From: Coprobacillaceae bacterium | GTDB lineage: Bacteria; Bacillota_I; Bacilli_A; Erysipelotrichales; Coprobacillaceae | Reading direction: 5' to 3' | Assembly: GCA_963675915.1 (NCBI GenBank) | Contig: OY780959.1 | Span: forward strand, 840,001 to 872,000 | DNA: 32,000 bases | Part shown: one piece after another, positions 16,337-25,377 of the stretch | Layout of the letters: every line of letters starts with the position of its first letter | How positions within the stretch are numbered: position 1 is the stretch's first letter | Made by a program: the position numbers and the translations under genes | Notes under the pieces: generated by a model | What the model was told of the DNA's origin: nothing | What the model saw: the letters and a program-made list of their open reading frames with translations, nothing else | Databases searched by the model: none

Positions 16337-18124
16337 CTATCTCCTTTCAATTGCCCCAAATGGACAAGCGCTGACACATTGGCCACACTTAATACATTTG
16401 TCCTGATCGATTTCAAATACAGTTTTACCTAATTGACCACTGATTGCACCAACCGGACATTGTTTAGCACAAAGCCCGCATTTACGGCATTTATCAGGAT
16501 CGATAAAGTAACTAAGCAGTTCCTTACAAACCCCAGCCGGACATTTTTGGTCCTTGATATGGGCTTCATATTCATCTGCGAAAAGTCTCATGGTAGAAAG
16601 CACCGGATTTGGCGCAGTCTGTCCCAGACCACAAAGTGAGGTTGATTTGATGGTATGTGAAAGAGTCTTAAGTTCATCAAGGGTCCCCATGGTTCCTTCA
16701 CCTTCACAAATTTTGCTTAACAGTTCATAAAGTCGTTTGGTTCCGATCCGGCATGGAGTACATCTACCGCAACTTTCATCCACGATGAAGTCCAGATAGA
16801 AACGGGCCACATCGACCATACAGTTTTCTTCATCAAGGACAATCATCCCACCAGAACCCATCATTGATCCCAGTGACAACAGTTCATCAAAACCGATTGG
16901 GGTATCCAGATGTTCTTTGGTCAGACACCCGCCAGAAGGTCCACCGGTCTGCACCGCTTTGAATTCCTTGCCATCAGGGCATCCGCCCCCGATATCATAT
17001 ATGACTTCACGCAAGGTGGTTCCCATTGGAACTTCGACCAATCCGGTATTCTTGATTTTACCACCAAGGGCGAACACTTTGGTTCCCGGAGAAGATTCGG
17101 TCCCGATTGAGCGGAACCAGTCGGCTCCATTCAGGATGATTTGACCGATATTGGCATAAGTTTCCACATTATTGATGATTGTCGGTTTGCCCCAGACCCC
17201 TTTTACCGCCGGGAATGGTGGTTTGGGATGCGGCATCCCTCTTTCACCTTCAATTGAGCTAATCAAAGCCGTTTCTTCACCGCAGACAAACGCCCCGGCT
17301 CCAAGACGGATTTCCAGATCAAAATCAAATCCGGTTCCAAACAGATCTTTACCAAGCAGACCCATTTCACGAGCCTGATCAATTGCTACTTTCAAACGCT
17401 CTACTGCGATTGGATATTCAGCCCGGATATAAATATACCCGTGGTTGGCTCCGATTGCATAAGCCGCAATCGCCATTGCTTCCATGACACTATGAGGATT
17501 CCCTTCGAGAATCGAACGGTCCATGAAAGCCCCGGGATCTCCTTCATCGGCATTACAGATAACATATTTTTGTTCATTGTCCTGATTATAAGCAAACTGC
17601 CATTTGCGACCGGCCGGGAATCCGCCCCCGCCACGACCGCGAAGACCTGAAGCACTGACAACATCAATGACTTCCTGACGGCTCATTTCAGTGAGAACTT
17701 TGGCCAAAGCCTGATAACCGTCTTTGGCGATGTATTCTTCAATATTTTCAGGATCGATAACCCCACAGTTATTCAGGGCGATCCGTTTTTGTTTGGCATA
17801 GAAAGACGAGTGGTTGATATCCACAATTTCTCCGTCTTTGACATCATTGAGCATTTTTCTTTCAACCGGACGGCCTTTTAGGAAATGCTCAAGAACGATT
17901 TCCTTGATATCCTCGACACTGACAGTTTTATATATGATATTATCCGGATAAACAGCGACGTTCGGTCCGACCCCGCAAAGACCCAGACAACCGGTTTTCA
18001 AAACACTGATTTCATTTTGCAATCCGGCATGTTTGATTTGTTTTTTGAATTCTTCTATCAATTCTCCGGAGTTTCCGATAGTACATCCAGTACCCGCGCA
18101 AACTACAACTTGGATTCTTTCCAT
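16337..18124 (-). CDS. hydB: NuoF-like NAD(P)H/FMN-binding subunit of the bifurcating-type hydrogenase
   Basis: N-terminal thioredoxin-like 2Fe-2S domain (VVVCAGTGC...GCLGLCG), GLRGRGGGGFPAGRKW, CGRCTPCR, SLCGLGQ. The C-terminus has two ferredoxin motifs (CRKCGLCAKQCP and CIKCGQCVSACP). Confidence 0.95.
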   Translation of the reverse strand: MERIQVVVCAGTGCTIGNSGELIEEFKKQIKHAGLQNEISVLKTGCLGLCGVGPNVAVYPDNIIYKTVSVEDIKEIVLEHFLKGRPVERKMLNDVKDGEIVDINHSSFYAKQKRIALNNCGVIDPENIEEYIAKDGYQALAKVLTEMSRQEVIDVVSASGLRGRGGGGFPAGRKWQFAYNQDNEQKYVICNADEGDPGAFMDRSILEGNPHSVMEAMAIAAYAIGANHGYIYIRAEYPIAVERLKVAIDQAREMGLLGKDLFGTGFDFDLEIRLGAGAFVCGEETALISSIEGERGMPHPKPPFPAVKGVWGKPTIINNVETYANIGQIILNGADWFRSIGTESSPGTKVFALGGKIKNTGLVEVPMGTTLREVIYDIGGGCPDGKEFKAVQTGGPSGGCLTKEHLDTPIGFDELLSLGSMMGSGGMIVLDEENCMVDVARFYLDFIVDESCGRCTPCRIGTKRLYELLSKICEGEGTMGTLDELKTLSHTIKSTSLCGLGQTAPNPVLSTMRLFADEYEAHIKDQKCPAGVCKELLSYFIDPDKCRKCGLCAKQCPVGAISGQLGKTVFEIDQDKCIKCGQCVSACPFGAIERR

Positions 18125-18130
18125 TCTATC

Positions 18131-18493
18131 CTAATCCTCCTTTTTCAAATATTCTGTGACTACCTGGCCATTTTTCAGGTGTTGGTCGATAATGATGTTT
18201 GCCCCATTGGCATCGACATTGGCATAAATTGTTTCGTCACCTTCCTTGGTGACTATTTTAACTAACGGTTCCATTCCAGTAGGTTCGATATGACCATCCT
18301 GCATAACTAAAACCGGCAATTTCTGTTTAGATACTTCATCTACGAATTTTAACAATACATTACGGGCTCCAGAAGTGATTCCGACTGTCCCCATAGCTAC
18401 AACTACAAAGTAGTCATGACCATCGTCCAGGCGCATTTCCATCTTGTTTCTTGCCCTAGTTCGCAGTTGATTCAATTCTTCAACTGTTTTCAT
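18131..18493 (-). CDS. HydD-like thioredoxin-fold ferredoxin homologue with no cysteines
   Basis: A 120-aa ORF. The pattern VVVAMGTVGITSGARNVLLKF...MQDGHIEPTGMEPLVKIV...YANVDANGANIIIDQHLKNGQVV resembles the small 2Fe-2S thioredoxin-like ferredoxin encoded at this position in hydCDBA-type operons. The protein contains no Cys at all. Confidence 0.6.
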   Translation of the reverse strand: MKTVEELNQLRTRARNKMEMRLDDGHDYFVVVAMGTVGITSGARNVLLKFVDEVSKQKLPVLVMQDGHIEPTGMEPLVKIVTKEGDETIYANVDANGANIIIDQHLKNGQVVTEYLKKED

Positions 18494-18890
18494 CTCTTAG
18501 CTCCTTTATCAATTGTGTTAAGTTTGACTTATCCTTTTTCAGGTTGTATTTCTTTCCATCGATAATATACGTGATTTCGACCGCGCTCACTGTACAAAAC
18601 GTGGTTATCATCGTTGCGTTCAAATCCCCGATCACAACATCACAGTCAAATACGGCGCTGACCTTGGTACCCTTTAGCATCGGTACAATCGCATAAGAGC
18701 CCCGTTCTTTCATAAAAAAAGAAAATTGGCCTAAACCATGGTCATTTTCAATCAACTCATTATTATAAGTTTTAAAAATCGGACAGCCATTGTCGATTAC
18801 TTCAAATCTCAGGGGATTGGTATTGATGACTACAACTACCCTGGTAGCTGATGCGTTGATGCTGTTGATAACCAGTTCCAACAGATGCAA
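18480..18890 (-). CDS. GHKL (histidine-kinase-like) ATPase-domain protein of the hydrogenase operon
   Basis: N-box-like ELVINSINASA, VIDNGCPI (DxG box) and HGLGQ. The ORF-track start at 18935 is a TTG inside hydC. I prefer the TTG at 18890-18888, which has the RBS AAGGA 7 nt upstream, overlapping the hydC stop. The start remains uncertain (18890-18935). Confidence 0.6.
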   Translation of the reverse strand: MHLLELVINSINASATRVVVVINTNPLRFEVIDNGCPIFKTYNNELIENDHGLGQFSFFMKERGSYAIVPMLKGTKVSAVFDCDVVIGDLNATMITTFCTVSAVEITYIIDGKKYNLKKDKSNLTQLIKELRDENS

Positions 18891-18900
18891 AGAAAAATCC

Positions 18901-19395
18901 TTAGGCTTCGCCACGTTCTTCTTTAATATAATCAAGCACTACCTGTTTCAATTCTTCCAGCTGTTTTTTACAACCGAAGACGGTCTCATCAATACTGACA
19001 ACCGGTGCCAAACCACAGGCACCCACACAACGGGTTGCATCAATTGAAAACAGTCCATCGGTGCTGGTTCCGTTAACCGGACAACCGGTGATTTCACTCA
19101 ATAAATCAAGAATTGTCTGCGATCCGTTGACATAACAAGCGGTTCCAAGACATACTCCGATTACATGTTTACCTTTCGGTTCTGTAGTGAATTGTGAATA
19201 AAATGTGACTACACCGTAAATGTCGGCCTCGGATTTCCCGGTTGCTGCGGCAATTGATTTCATTGCTTCAAACGGAATGTATCCCAATTCTTCTTGAATA
19301 TCATGAAGCATCAGCTTCACTGGTCCCATTCGATCTTTATGACGTTCGACGATTTCGTCAATCTTCACAAGATACTCCTCTTTTAATTTTTTCAT
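18901..19395 (-). CDS. hydC: NuoE-like 2Fe-2S subunit of the hydrogenase
   Basis: A 164-aa ORF with VCLGTACYVNG and RCVGACGLAPV cysteine motifs typical of NuoE/HydC. Confidence 0.93.
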   Translation of the reverse strand: MKKLKEEYLVKIDEIVERHKDRMGPVKLMLHDIQEELGYIPFEAMKSIAAATGKSEADIYGVVTFYSQFTTEPKGKHVIGVCLGTACYVNGSQTILDLLSEITGCPVNGTSTDGLFSIDATRCVGACGLAPVVSIDETVFGCKKQLEELKQVVLDYIKEERGEA

Positions 19396-19414
19396 TATCT
19401 CACCTCTTTAAATA

Positions 19415-19443
19415 ATTCTACCATAAACTGTAACCGCTATCAA
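19415..19443 (-). promoter_or_regulatory. Predicted sigma-A promoter of the hydrogenase operon
   Basis: On the minus strand: TTGATA (19443-19438), 17-nt spacer, TGG-TAGAAT (19423-19415). The RBS AGAGGTGAG follows closely, implying a very short leader. Confidence 0.45.
19429..19442. promoter_or_regulatory. Catabolite-responsive element (cre) candidate
   Basis: TGTAACCGCTATCA matches every specified position of the cre consensus TGWNANCGNTNWCA. It overlaps the -35 and the spacer of the predicted hyd promoter. Confidence 0.55.
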
Positions 19444-19507
19444 TAAGATTTTGTGTCCAAGCCCAAAGGTTTGTGAACTTATGGATGACTAGGCGCATAT
19501 GTAACCA

Positions 19508-19535
19508 AATAAAAAAAACCAGGGGTTACCTGGTT
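19508..19535 (-). terminator. Rho-independent terminator of the truB-thiI unit
   Basis: Stem AACCAGG/CCTGGTT (19517-19523 and 19529-19535) followed by a run of eight T on the minus strand. The stem overlaps the thiI stop codon. Confidence 0.8.
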
Positions 19536-20736
19536 AGAAAAATTCGTCGTCTTCTGTTTTAAAATAGTCATCGTCAATGACAATCAACTCCGCATTTTCA
19601 ACACATTCATCGACCAGCGCATCGAAATCGAATTTGGCTTCGAATTCCTGAGCGATATGAGCCCGCGGCTTGGTTGCCGGCTGTTTTGGAGTGAAAATTG
19701 TACAACAATCCTCGTGAGGACGGATTGAAATATCATAAGTGTCGATTTTTTTGGCAATATCGATAATTTCCAGTTTGTCCATACAGACAACCGGTCTGAT
19801 CACCGGCATTTTGATGACTTCATTGATGGTTTGCATCGAATGAAGCGTCTGAGATGCCACCTGTCCGATGCTTTCCCCGTTGACCAGGGCCAGACAATGG
19901 TTTTTGTGGGCCAGTTTCTCTCCAATGCGATACATCATTCTTCGCATGACTGTCATTGCATAAGACTCATCGCAGTTGTCATATACCGCCAGCTGCAATC
20001 TGGTAAAAGGAATGACGAATACCCGGATCTTATTATGGCCATAACGGCGCAGCACATTGGCCAGATCAACCACCTTGGCTTTGGCATGTTCGTTGGTATA
20101 TGGCGGTGCCGCATAATGGATACAGTCGATATCGACACCCCGCTTCATGGTCAGATATCCGGCCACCGGTGAATCAATTCCTCCTGAAAGCATCAGCAAA
20201 GATTTGCCTCCGACTCCCACTGGATATCCCCCGGCCCCCCGGATGGTATTGTCCATGACGTAAATGGCATCATGACGGATTTCAATCCGCACCAGAATTT
20301 CCGGATTATGGACATCGACCTTGACATCGCGGTCGACATGATTGAAGACATGACCGGCAATCTGACGGTTTATCTCCATCGAGCTTCCCGGGAAGTTCTT
20401 GTCAGAACGGACCGTATTGATTTTGAATGTGGTTCCCGGATTGTTGTTGATGACAGTTTCCGCTGCCATTTTGGCTTCTTCAAGATCCTTATTGACCTTG
20501 TAGGCCACCGAGAACGAATAGATACCAAAGACATTTTTCAACTTGGCGATAACTTCATCCTTGTCTTCCCCGTTAAGCATCACATACATGCGGTCATGTT
20601 GAAGCTGATAAGTCAGTTGGGCGAACTCACCGAGCATCTCCTTGGTGTTTTTCAATAGTTTCTGAGTGAACAGCTTGCGGTTTTTACCTTTGGTAGTCAG
20701 TTCACCGAATCTGATCAATATATAATTTGCTTCCAT
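19534..20736 (-). CDS. thiI: tRNA 4-thiouridine synthase ThiI (no rhodanese domain)
   Basis: N-terminal ferredoxin-like and THUMP region (ILIRFGELTTKGKNR) and a PP-loop (LLMLSGGIDSPVAG). At 400 aa it is the short Firmicute form. Confidence 0.95.
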   Translation of the reverse strand: MEANYILIRFGELTTKGKNRKLFTQKLLKNTKEMLGEFAQLTYQLQHDRMYVMLNGEDKDEVIAKLKNVFGIYSFSVAYKVNKDLEEAKMAAETVINNNPGTTFKINTVRSDKNFPGSSMEINRQIAGHVFNHVDRDVKVDVHNPEILVRIEIRHDAIYVMDNTIRGAGGYPVGVGGKSLLMLSGGIDSPVAGYLTMKRGVDIDCIHYAAPPYTNEHAKAKVVDLANVLRRYGHNKIRVFVIPFTRLQLAVYDNCDESYAMTVMRRMMYRIGEKLAHKNHCLALVNGESIGQVASQTLHSMQTINEVIKMPVIRPVVCMDKLEIIDIAKKIDTYDISIRPHEDCCTIFTPKQPATKPRAHIAQEFEAKFDFDALVDECVENAELIVIDDDYFKTEDDEFF

Positions 20737-20738
20737 TT

Positions 20739-21872
20739 TTACCTACTTTTTCTAATATCTTTCAATGTATCTTTCAAGCTGGCGATTAGATAATCGACAT
20801 CCTCTAACGATGTCGCCAGATCGAAGGAAATTCTAATGGCGCTTTTAGCCACATTTTCATCAATGTCGAGATTGGCCAACACCCGGGATACTCCCGCCAG
20901 CTTCGAAGAACAGGCTGATTTGGTTGAAATCAGGATGCCCTTGCTTTCAAGCTGATGGAGAATGACTTCCGGCTTGTATCCGACCAATGACAGAGAAATT
21001 ATCGACGGCAGACAATCCCCGCCGCTGTTGATGACCAGATCTTCGATGGTCCTGATATTTTCAATGAAATGATCGTGAAGCGCCTTAGTGTGGCTTAAAT
21101 GACGCTCTTGGTTTTGCAGGGCCAATTTGAGCGTCTTGGCAAAGATAATATTGGCCGGAGAGTTATGGGTTCCCCCCCGGACGTTGAATTCCTGAGTCCC
21201 GCCATGAATCACCGGTTCAAGGTTAATCCCCTGACGGCGATAAAGAATTCCCGAACCCTTGAGGCCGTGAATCTTATGGGCCGAAAATGTCGCCAAATCA
21301 ATCCCATCCAGTTCAACTGGCAGCTTGCCTAGCGATTGGACCATGTCGACATGGAAGAAACATTTGGGATATTTAACAACAATTTCCTTGATTTGTTCAA
21401 TCGGATTGATTGAACCGACCTCATTATTGACATGCATGATCGAAACCAGGATGGTATCCTCGCGGATACTTTTTTCGAGAGTGTCGATTGGAACATGGCC
21501 GGTGGAGTCGCATTCCAGCCGGGTAACTTCAAAACCGTGAACCCGTTCGAGAAAATCAAGTGTCGATTCCACTGATGAGTGTTCGATATTGGTTGAAATT
21601 ATATGGCGACCGCGAGAAGCGTATTTCAAAGCGATACCCTTGATGGCCGTGTTGTTGGCCTCGCTGCCACAGCTCGTGAAGATGATTTCCTCACTTTTTA
21701 CCTTGAGCATGGCGGCGATATTGCTCCGGGATTTTTCCTGCAGGGAGTTGACCTTGATACCTTGGCCATAGAGACTTTCGCTGTTATAGAAATACTGGCT
21801 TGCCAGTTTATGGTATCCTTCGATGATTTCATCGTGGACCGGTGTGGTCGCTACATAATCTAAATAAATCAT
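20739..21872 (-). CDS. Class V aminotransferase-fold cysteine desulfurase (NifS/NifZ-like partner of ThiI)
   Basis: It has the PLP lysine context SAHKIHGLKG and the active-site Cys loop STKSACSS. It lies immediately upstream of thiI, as the nifZ-thiI pair does in Bacillus. Confidence 0.93.
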   Translation of the reverse strand: MIYLDYVATTPVHDEIIEGYHKLASQYFYNSESLYGQGIKVNSLQEKSRSNIAAMLKVKSEEIIFTSCGSEANNTAIKGIALKYASRGRHIISTNIEHSSVESTLDFLERVHGFEVTRLECDSTGHVPIDTLEKSIREDTILVSIMHVNNEVGSINPIEQIKEIVVKYPKCFFHVDMVQSLGKLPVELDGIDLATFSAHKIHGLKGSGILYRRQGINLEPVIHGGTQEFNVRGGTHNSPANIIFAKTLKLALQNQERHLSHTKALHDHFIENIRTIEDLVINSGGDCLPSIISLSLVGYKPEVILHQLESKGILISTKSACSSKLAGVSRVLANLDIDENVAKSAIRISFDLATSLEDVDYLIASLKDTLKDIRKSR

Positions 21873-23618
21873 TTACTTTCCTTCTTTTTTAAGAATTAAT
21901 TTTTCGTATGAACCCGGAGCTATCTTTTCAATTATCTCGACAGCTATTTTCAGGGCATTGGTATATTCGCCGTTTTTAAAAAGCAGTTCGGCTTTGGTAA
22001 GTTCCGTATTCACTTCCAGATAAGAAGATCGGTATCGGTTACCAAACATGATTGCTTCTTCGACCATCTGAGCAGTGACGATCAGATGATGAACATTGTC
22101 ATAGAGCTTATAGATGACATCGCGGGCCGCATCGACCTGAAGCGACAGTTCCTCAAGATTGATCGGACGGATTTTGGTCACTTTCATGATTGCATCAGCC
22201 TTGGCATAAGAATCCTCGATATAATCCTTGTAGGAATCGTTGATCATCGGCAGATGATTGTTCGAAATTTCCGATTTGATTTCCAACAAGACAATACTGA
22301 TATTGTCAAGTTCGTCAAGAGCCCGTTTTTCCTGAATCCGCAGGTTCTCATCGAGAATATAATATTTTTCAATATTGCTGGCGATATGATTGCAGTGAGA
22401 AATCAGATCATCAAAATCACGAAGCATTTTCGAGAATGAGAATTCCTTTTCCTGAATCACTTTTTCCAGCTGGTTTTTGCGAGCGACAATCATAGTAATC
22501 TCCTTGAGATCCTTGTCCAAGGTGATTCCATAACCGTCGAGGACATAATTTTCCTTCAACAGTGCATAAGCGCGGGTCGCCTTGCGGGCTTCCTTGATCA
22601 GTTCTTCGACAGTTTCAAAACATGTGTCCTTACGGCTGGCATAACCATCGAAAGCCACCTGTTCTTCAGTGAAGTCAGCCAACAGCTGGTTGACATCCTT
22701 GCTGGTAAGTTCGATTTTTTCTTCCAGACCTTCCAGTTGCAGCTCTTTTAACAACTTGCACTGCTCATCTAGTTCGTTTTGGATCTTGTCGAAACGGTCA
22801 TTGGCATCAAGCAGATTGATCGCAAAACCGCGGGCAACAAGCTCGTCCCTTCTTTTCTTGACCAGTTCGATCTGCCCGGGCAGATAATTCTTGCAAAGAC
22901 CAGCCAATTGGGCAATATTGTCGATATTGTCAACCAGGAAGTTTATTTTCACTCCCAGCTCTTCATTGAAATCCTTGGCTTCAAGATATTTTTGATAATT
23001 CATCAATTCTTCCAGGGCAACAAAGTCACTGTCGATTTCCTTGATTTTTTCACTAACCATAGGAATGAACTCCTCAATCTTATAACGCAAAGAACCATAC
23101 TTGTCACAAAGTGACCGGTATCTCTCTTTGGTCGCTATGATGATCAGTCGCTGATCATTCTCGATTTCCGTGATGTCTTCGATTTTTTCGAGCAACTTCT
23201 GTGAACGGCTGTTGTAATTTTCAACCATCTTCCAGAGATTCTTGATTTCTTTTTTGACTCCGGAAATTTTCCGGTAATAAGTCTTTTCATCAAGATCGGC
23301 CAGCGTTGTATATATTTCGTTTTGAGCATAGGTTTCCAGCTCTTCGAATTCGGTTTCCAGTTGGTCATACTGATCCCTGATTTCCGGTGCGCTTTGGCCG
23401 ATGGCCTTAACCCGCCCCAACCGATATCGAATCGGCAAAGTTTTGATTGCGTTGATTTCATCCTCGAGTTCCAGCACCTTCTTGCGGTATGACTTGATCT
23501 TGACTGCTCGGTAAAACAGAATCAAAGCCACCAGCACCGCAACCACGATTCCTCCAACGATCATCCATGTCTCATTACTGAAATTAGAAACATTATCCAA
23601 AATTTGTTCCATCACCAT
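21873..23618 (-). CDS. ezrA: Septation ring formation regulator EzrA
   Basis: A 581-aa ORF with a single N-terminal TM helix (WMIVGGIVVAVLVALILF) followed by a long coiled-coil region. Length and architecture match EzrA. Confidence 0.88.
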   Translation of the reverse strand: MVMEQILDNVSNFSNETWMIVGGIVVAVLVALILFYRAVKIKSYRKKVLELEDEINAIKTLPIRYRLGRVKAIGQSAPEIRDQYDQLETEFEELETYAQNEIYTTLADLDEKTYYRKISGVKKEIKNLWKMVENYNSRSQKLLEKIEDITEIENDQRLIIIATKERYRSLCDKYGSLRYKIEEFIPMVSEKIKEIDSDFVALEELMNYQKYLEAKDFNEELGVKINFLVDNIDNIAQLAGLCKNYLPGQIELVKKRRDELVARGFAINLLDANDRFDKIQNELDEQCKLLKELQLEGLEEKIELTSKDVNQLLADFTEEQVAFDGYASRKDTCFETVEELIKEARKATRAYALLKENYVLDGYGITLDKDLKEITMIVARKNQLEKVIQEKEFSFSKMLRDFDDLISHCNHIASNIEKYYILDENLRIQEKRALDELDNISIVLLEIKSEISNNHLPMINDSYKDYIEDSYAKADAIMKVTKIRPINLEELSLQVDAARDVIYKLYDNVHHLIVTAQMVEEAIMFGNRYRSSYLEVNTELTKAELLFKNGEYTNALKIAVEIIEKIAPGSYEKLILKKEGK

Positions 23619-24523
23619 TCCCCCTTGTCGATAGTCTCACGGTCTTGTCGCAATTGTCTAACAAGTTCGTCCAAACTACTGAATTTTTTCTCTTCTCTGA
23701 TATATTTAATGAATTCTACATCTACTATTGTATCATAAATATCCTGATTGAAGTTGAAAATATTGACCTCGAGAGAAGGAATATTCAAAATGCCGATGGT
23801 TGGATTGAAGCCGATATTACCCATACCCAGGTATTTTTCACCACTGACTGTGATTTTAACCGCATAAACTCCGTTTTTTGGCAGGAGATAATTACCGTAA
23901 TCGATATTTGCTGTCGGAAATCCGATTGTCCTGCCCAACTCGCGGCCATGGATGACCATCCCTGATATTTTAAATGGTCGGTCGAGAAGGAGATTAGCGG
24001 CTTCGATATCTCCTTGTTTTAGCAGGTTTTTGATATATCTGGTGGCAATCTTGTGTTCATGATAGTTCATTTTGGCAATCACGCTGACTCCAAAATTCGA
24101 GTCATATTCCTGAAGGGTCTGACTGGTTCCCTTGCCAAAACGGCCGAAGCGATAGTCAAATCCGCAGACCAAATGGGCGAACTTCATTTCGATGAGATAG
24201 TTGGAGATGAAATCCTCCGGTTCCATATCTCTGATTGTCTCATTGAATTCGAGTACGATGAAGTAATCGATGCCCAGATTTCTAGCCAACTCGATCTTGT
24301 CTTCAAGCGAGGTCAGATAATGTTCTTCCTTGTGGCTTAAAAAACTTTTTGGTTGCATTGAAAAAGTCAGCAATGACTTCTTCAAACCCATCGTCTTCGC
24401 AATCCGTCCAACTTCTTCAATCAAGGCCAAATGGCCAAGGTGCATCCCGTCGAAATATCCCAATGCGACCACCGAAGGCAAAAACGGATATTCAATTTTT
24501 CCGTTGATATGAATTATTTCCAT
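23612..24523 (-). CDS. ribF: Bifunctional riboflavin kinase / FAD synthetase
   Basis: GYFDGMHLGH, the FAD synthetase N-domain, and a riboflavin kinase C-domain (GRELGRTIGFPTAN...). I prefer the ATG at 24523-24521, which shares one base with the truB TGA. The ORF-track start at 24526 is a TTG. Confidence 0.95.
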   Translation of the reverse strand: MEIIHINGKIEYPFLPSVVALGYFDGMHLGHLALIEEVGRIAKTMGLKKSLLTFSMQPKSFLSHKEEHYLTSLEDKIELARNLGIDYFIVLEFNETIRDMEPEDFISNYLIEMKFAHLVCGFDYRFGRFGKGTSQTLQEYDSNFGVSVIAKMNYHEHKIATRYIKNLLKQGDIEAANLLLDRPFKISGMVIHGRELGRTIGFPTANIDYGNYLLPKNGVYAVKITVSGEKYLGMGNIGFNPTIGILNIPSLEVNIFNFNQDIYDTIVDVEFIKYIREEKKFSSLDELVRQLRQDRETIDKGEW

Positions 24524-25362
24524 CAAAACAGCCCCCGTACGCTTTTTAGATAGCCTTTTCCGGTTTGACGGTAAATCGCCAGGATTTTGCCCTGGTCATT
24601 GTAAATCGCCACATCACCGGGCAAATCGGACTCAATCTGTTTGCCGTGGACAACAATTTTCTCGTCGACAACCAATTTCGGATACCCCTGGAGCGCCGTT
24701 TCCAGCTCCAAGACATCGACTTCGCCGTTTTTGAGCTGTTCAATTGAATAAGCGTCCTCGAGGCGGTAGTTACCTGATTGCAGTCTGATTAAATCCGCCA
24801 TCACCCCGGGATAACCCAGTTTTTTGGCAATGTCGACGCAAAGCGAGCGAATGTAGGTCCCTTTCGAACAGGCCACTTTGAACTCAATCACATCATCCTG
24901 ATACGAGATCAGTTCGATTTTTGTAATCGTGATATCACGAGGTTCGATTTCCACCTCTTCATTGTTGCGGGCATATTCGTACAGTTTTTTTCCTTTGACC
25001 TTCAAAGCCGAATAAATCGGCGGCACCTGTTTGGTGGTACCCAAAAACGAATCGAGGACTGCGACAATTTCCGCTTCATCGATTTTTTCAACCGGACTCT
25101 CTTTTAAAACCTCACCCTCGAGATCATAAGTGTCGGTGCTTTTACCAAGCAAGAGTTTGGCCTGATAGACTTTCGAATCACTTTGGATAAACTGCAGGGC
25201 TTTGGTCGCCTTGTTGACGCACAAAACCAACAGTCCTTGAGCCTGGGGATCAAGCGTTCCGCCATGACCGACTTTTTTAGTATGTAACGCTCTTCTTGCG
25301 ATATTGACAACATCGTGCGAGCTATAACCTTTTTCTTTGTTTATTAATATTATTCCGTTCAT
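24523..25362 (-). CDS. truB: tRNA pseudouridine-55 synthase
   Basis: GIILINKEKGYSSHDVV and the catalytic motif GHGGTLDP. Synteny with ribF supports the call. Confidence 0.95.
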   Translation of the reverse strand: MNGIILINKEKGYSSHDVVNIARRALHTKKVGHGGTLDPQAQGLLVLCVNKATKALQFIQSDSKVYQAKLLLGKSTDTYDLEGEVLKESPVEKIDEAEIVAVLDSFLGTTKQVPPIYSALKVKGKKLYEYARNNEEVEIEPRDITITKIELISYQDDVIEFKVACSKGTYIRSLCVDIAKKLGYPGVMADLIRLQSGNYRLEDAYSIEQLKNGEVDVLELETALQGYPKLVVDEKIVVHGKQIESDLPGDVAIYNDQGKILAIYRQTGKGYLKSVRGLF

Positions 25363-25377
25363 TTTATCACCGTATCC

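Noticed and set aside
19471-19490. Full Rex operator (TTGTGAA-N6-TTCACAA) upstream of the hydrogenase operon.
   Set aside because: Only the left half-site TTGTGAA is present. The position of the right half reads GATGACT, which does not match. I kept it only as a low-interest half-site observation.
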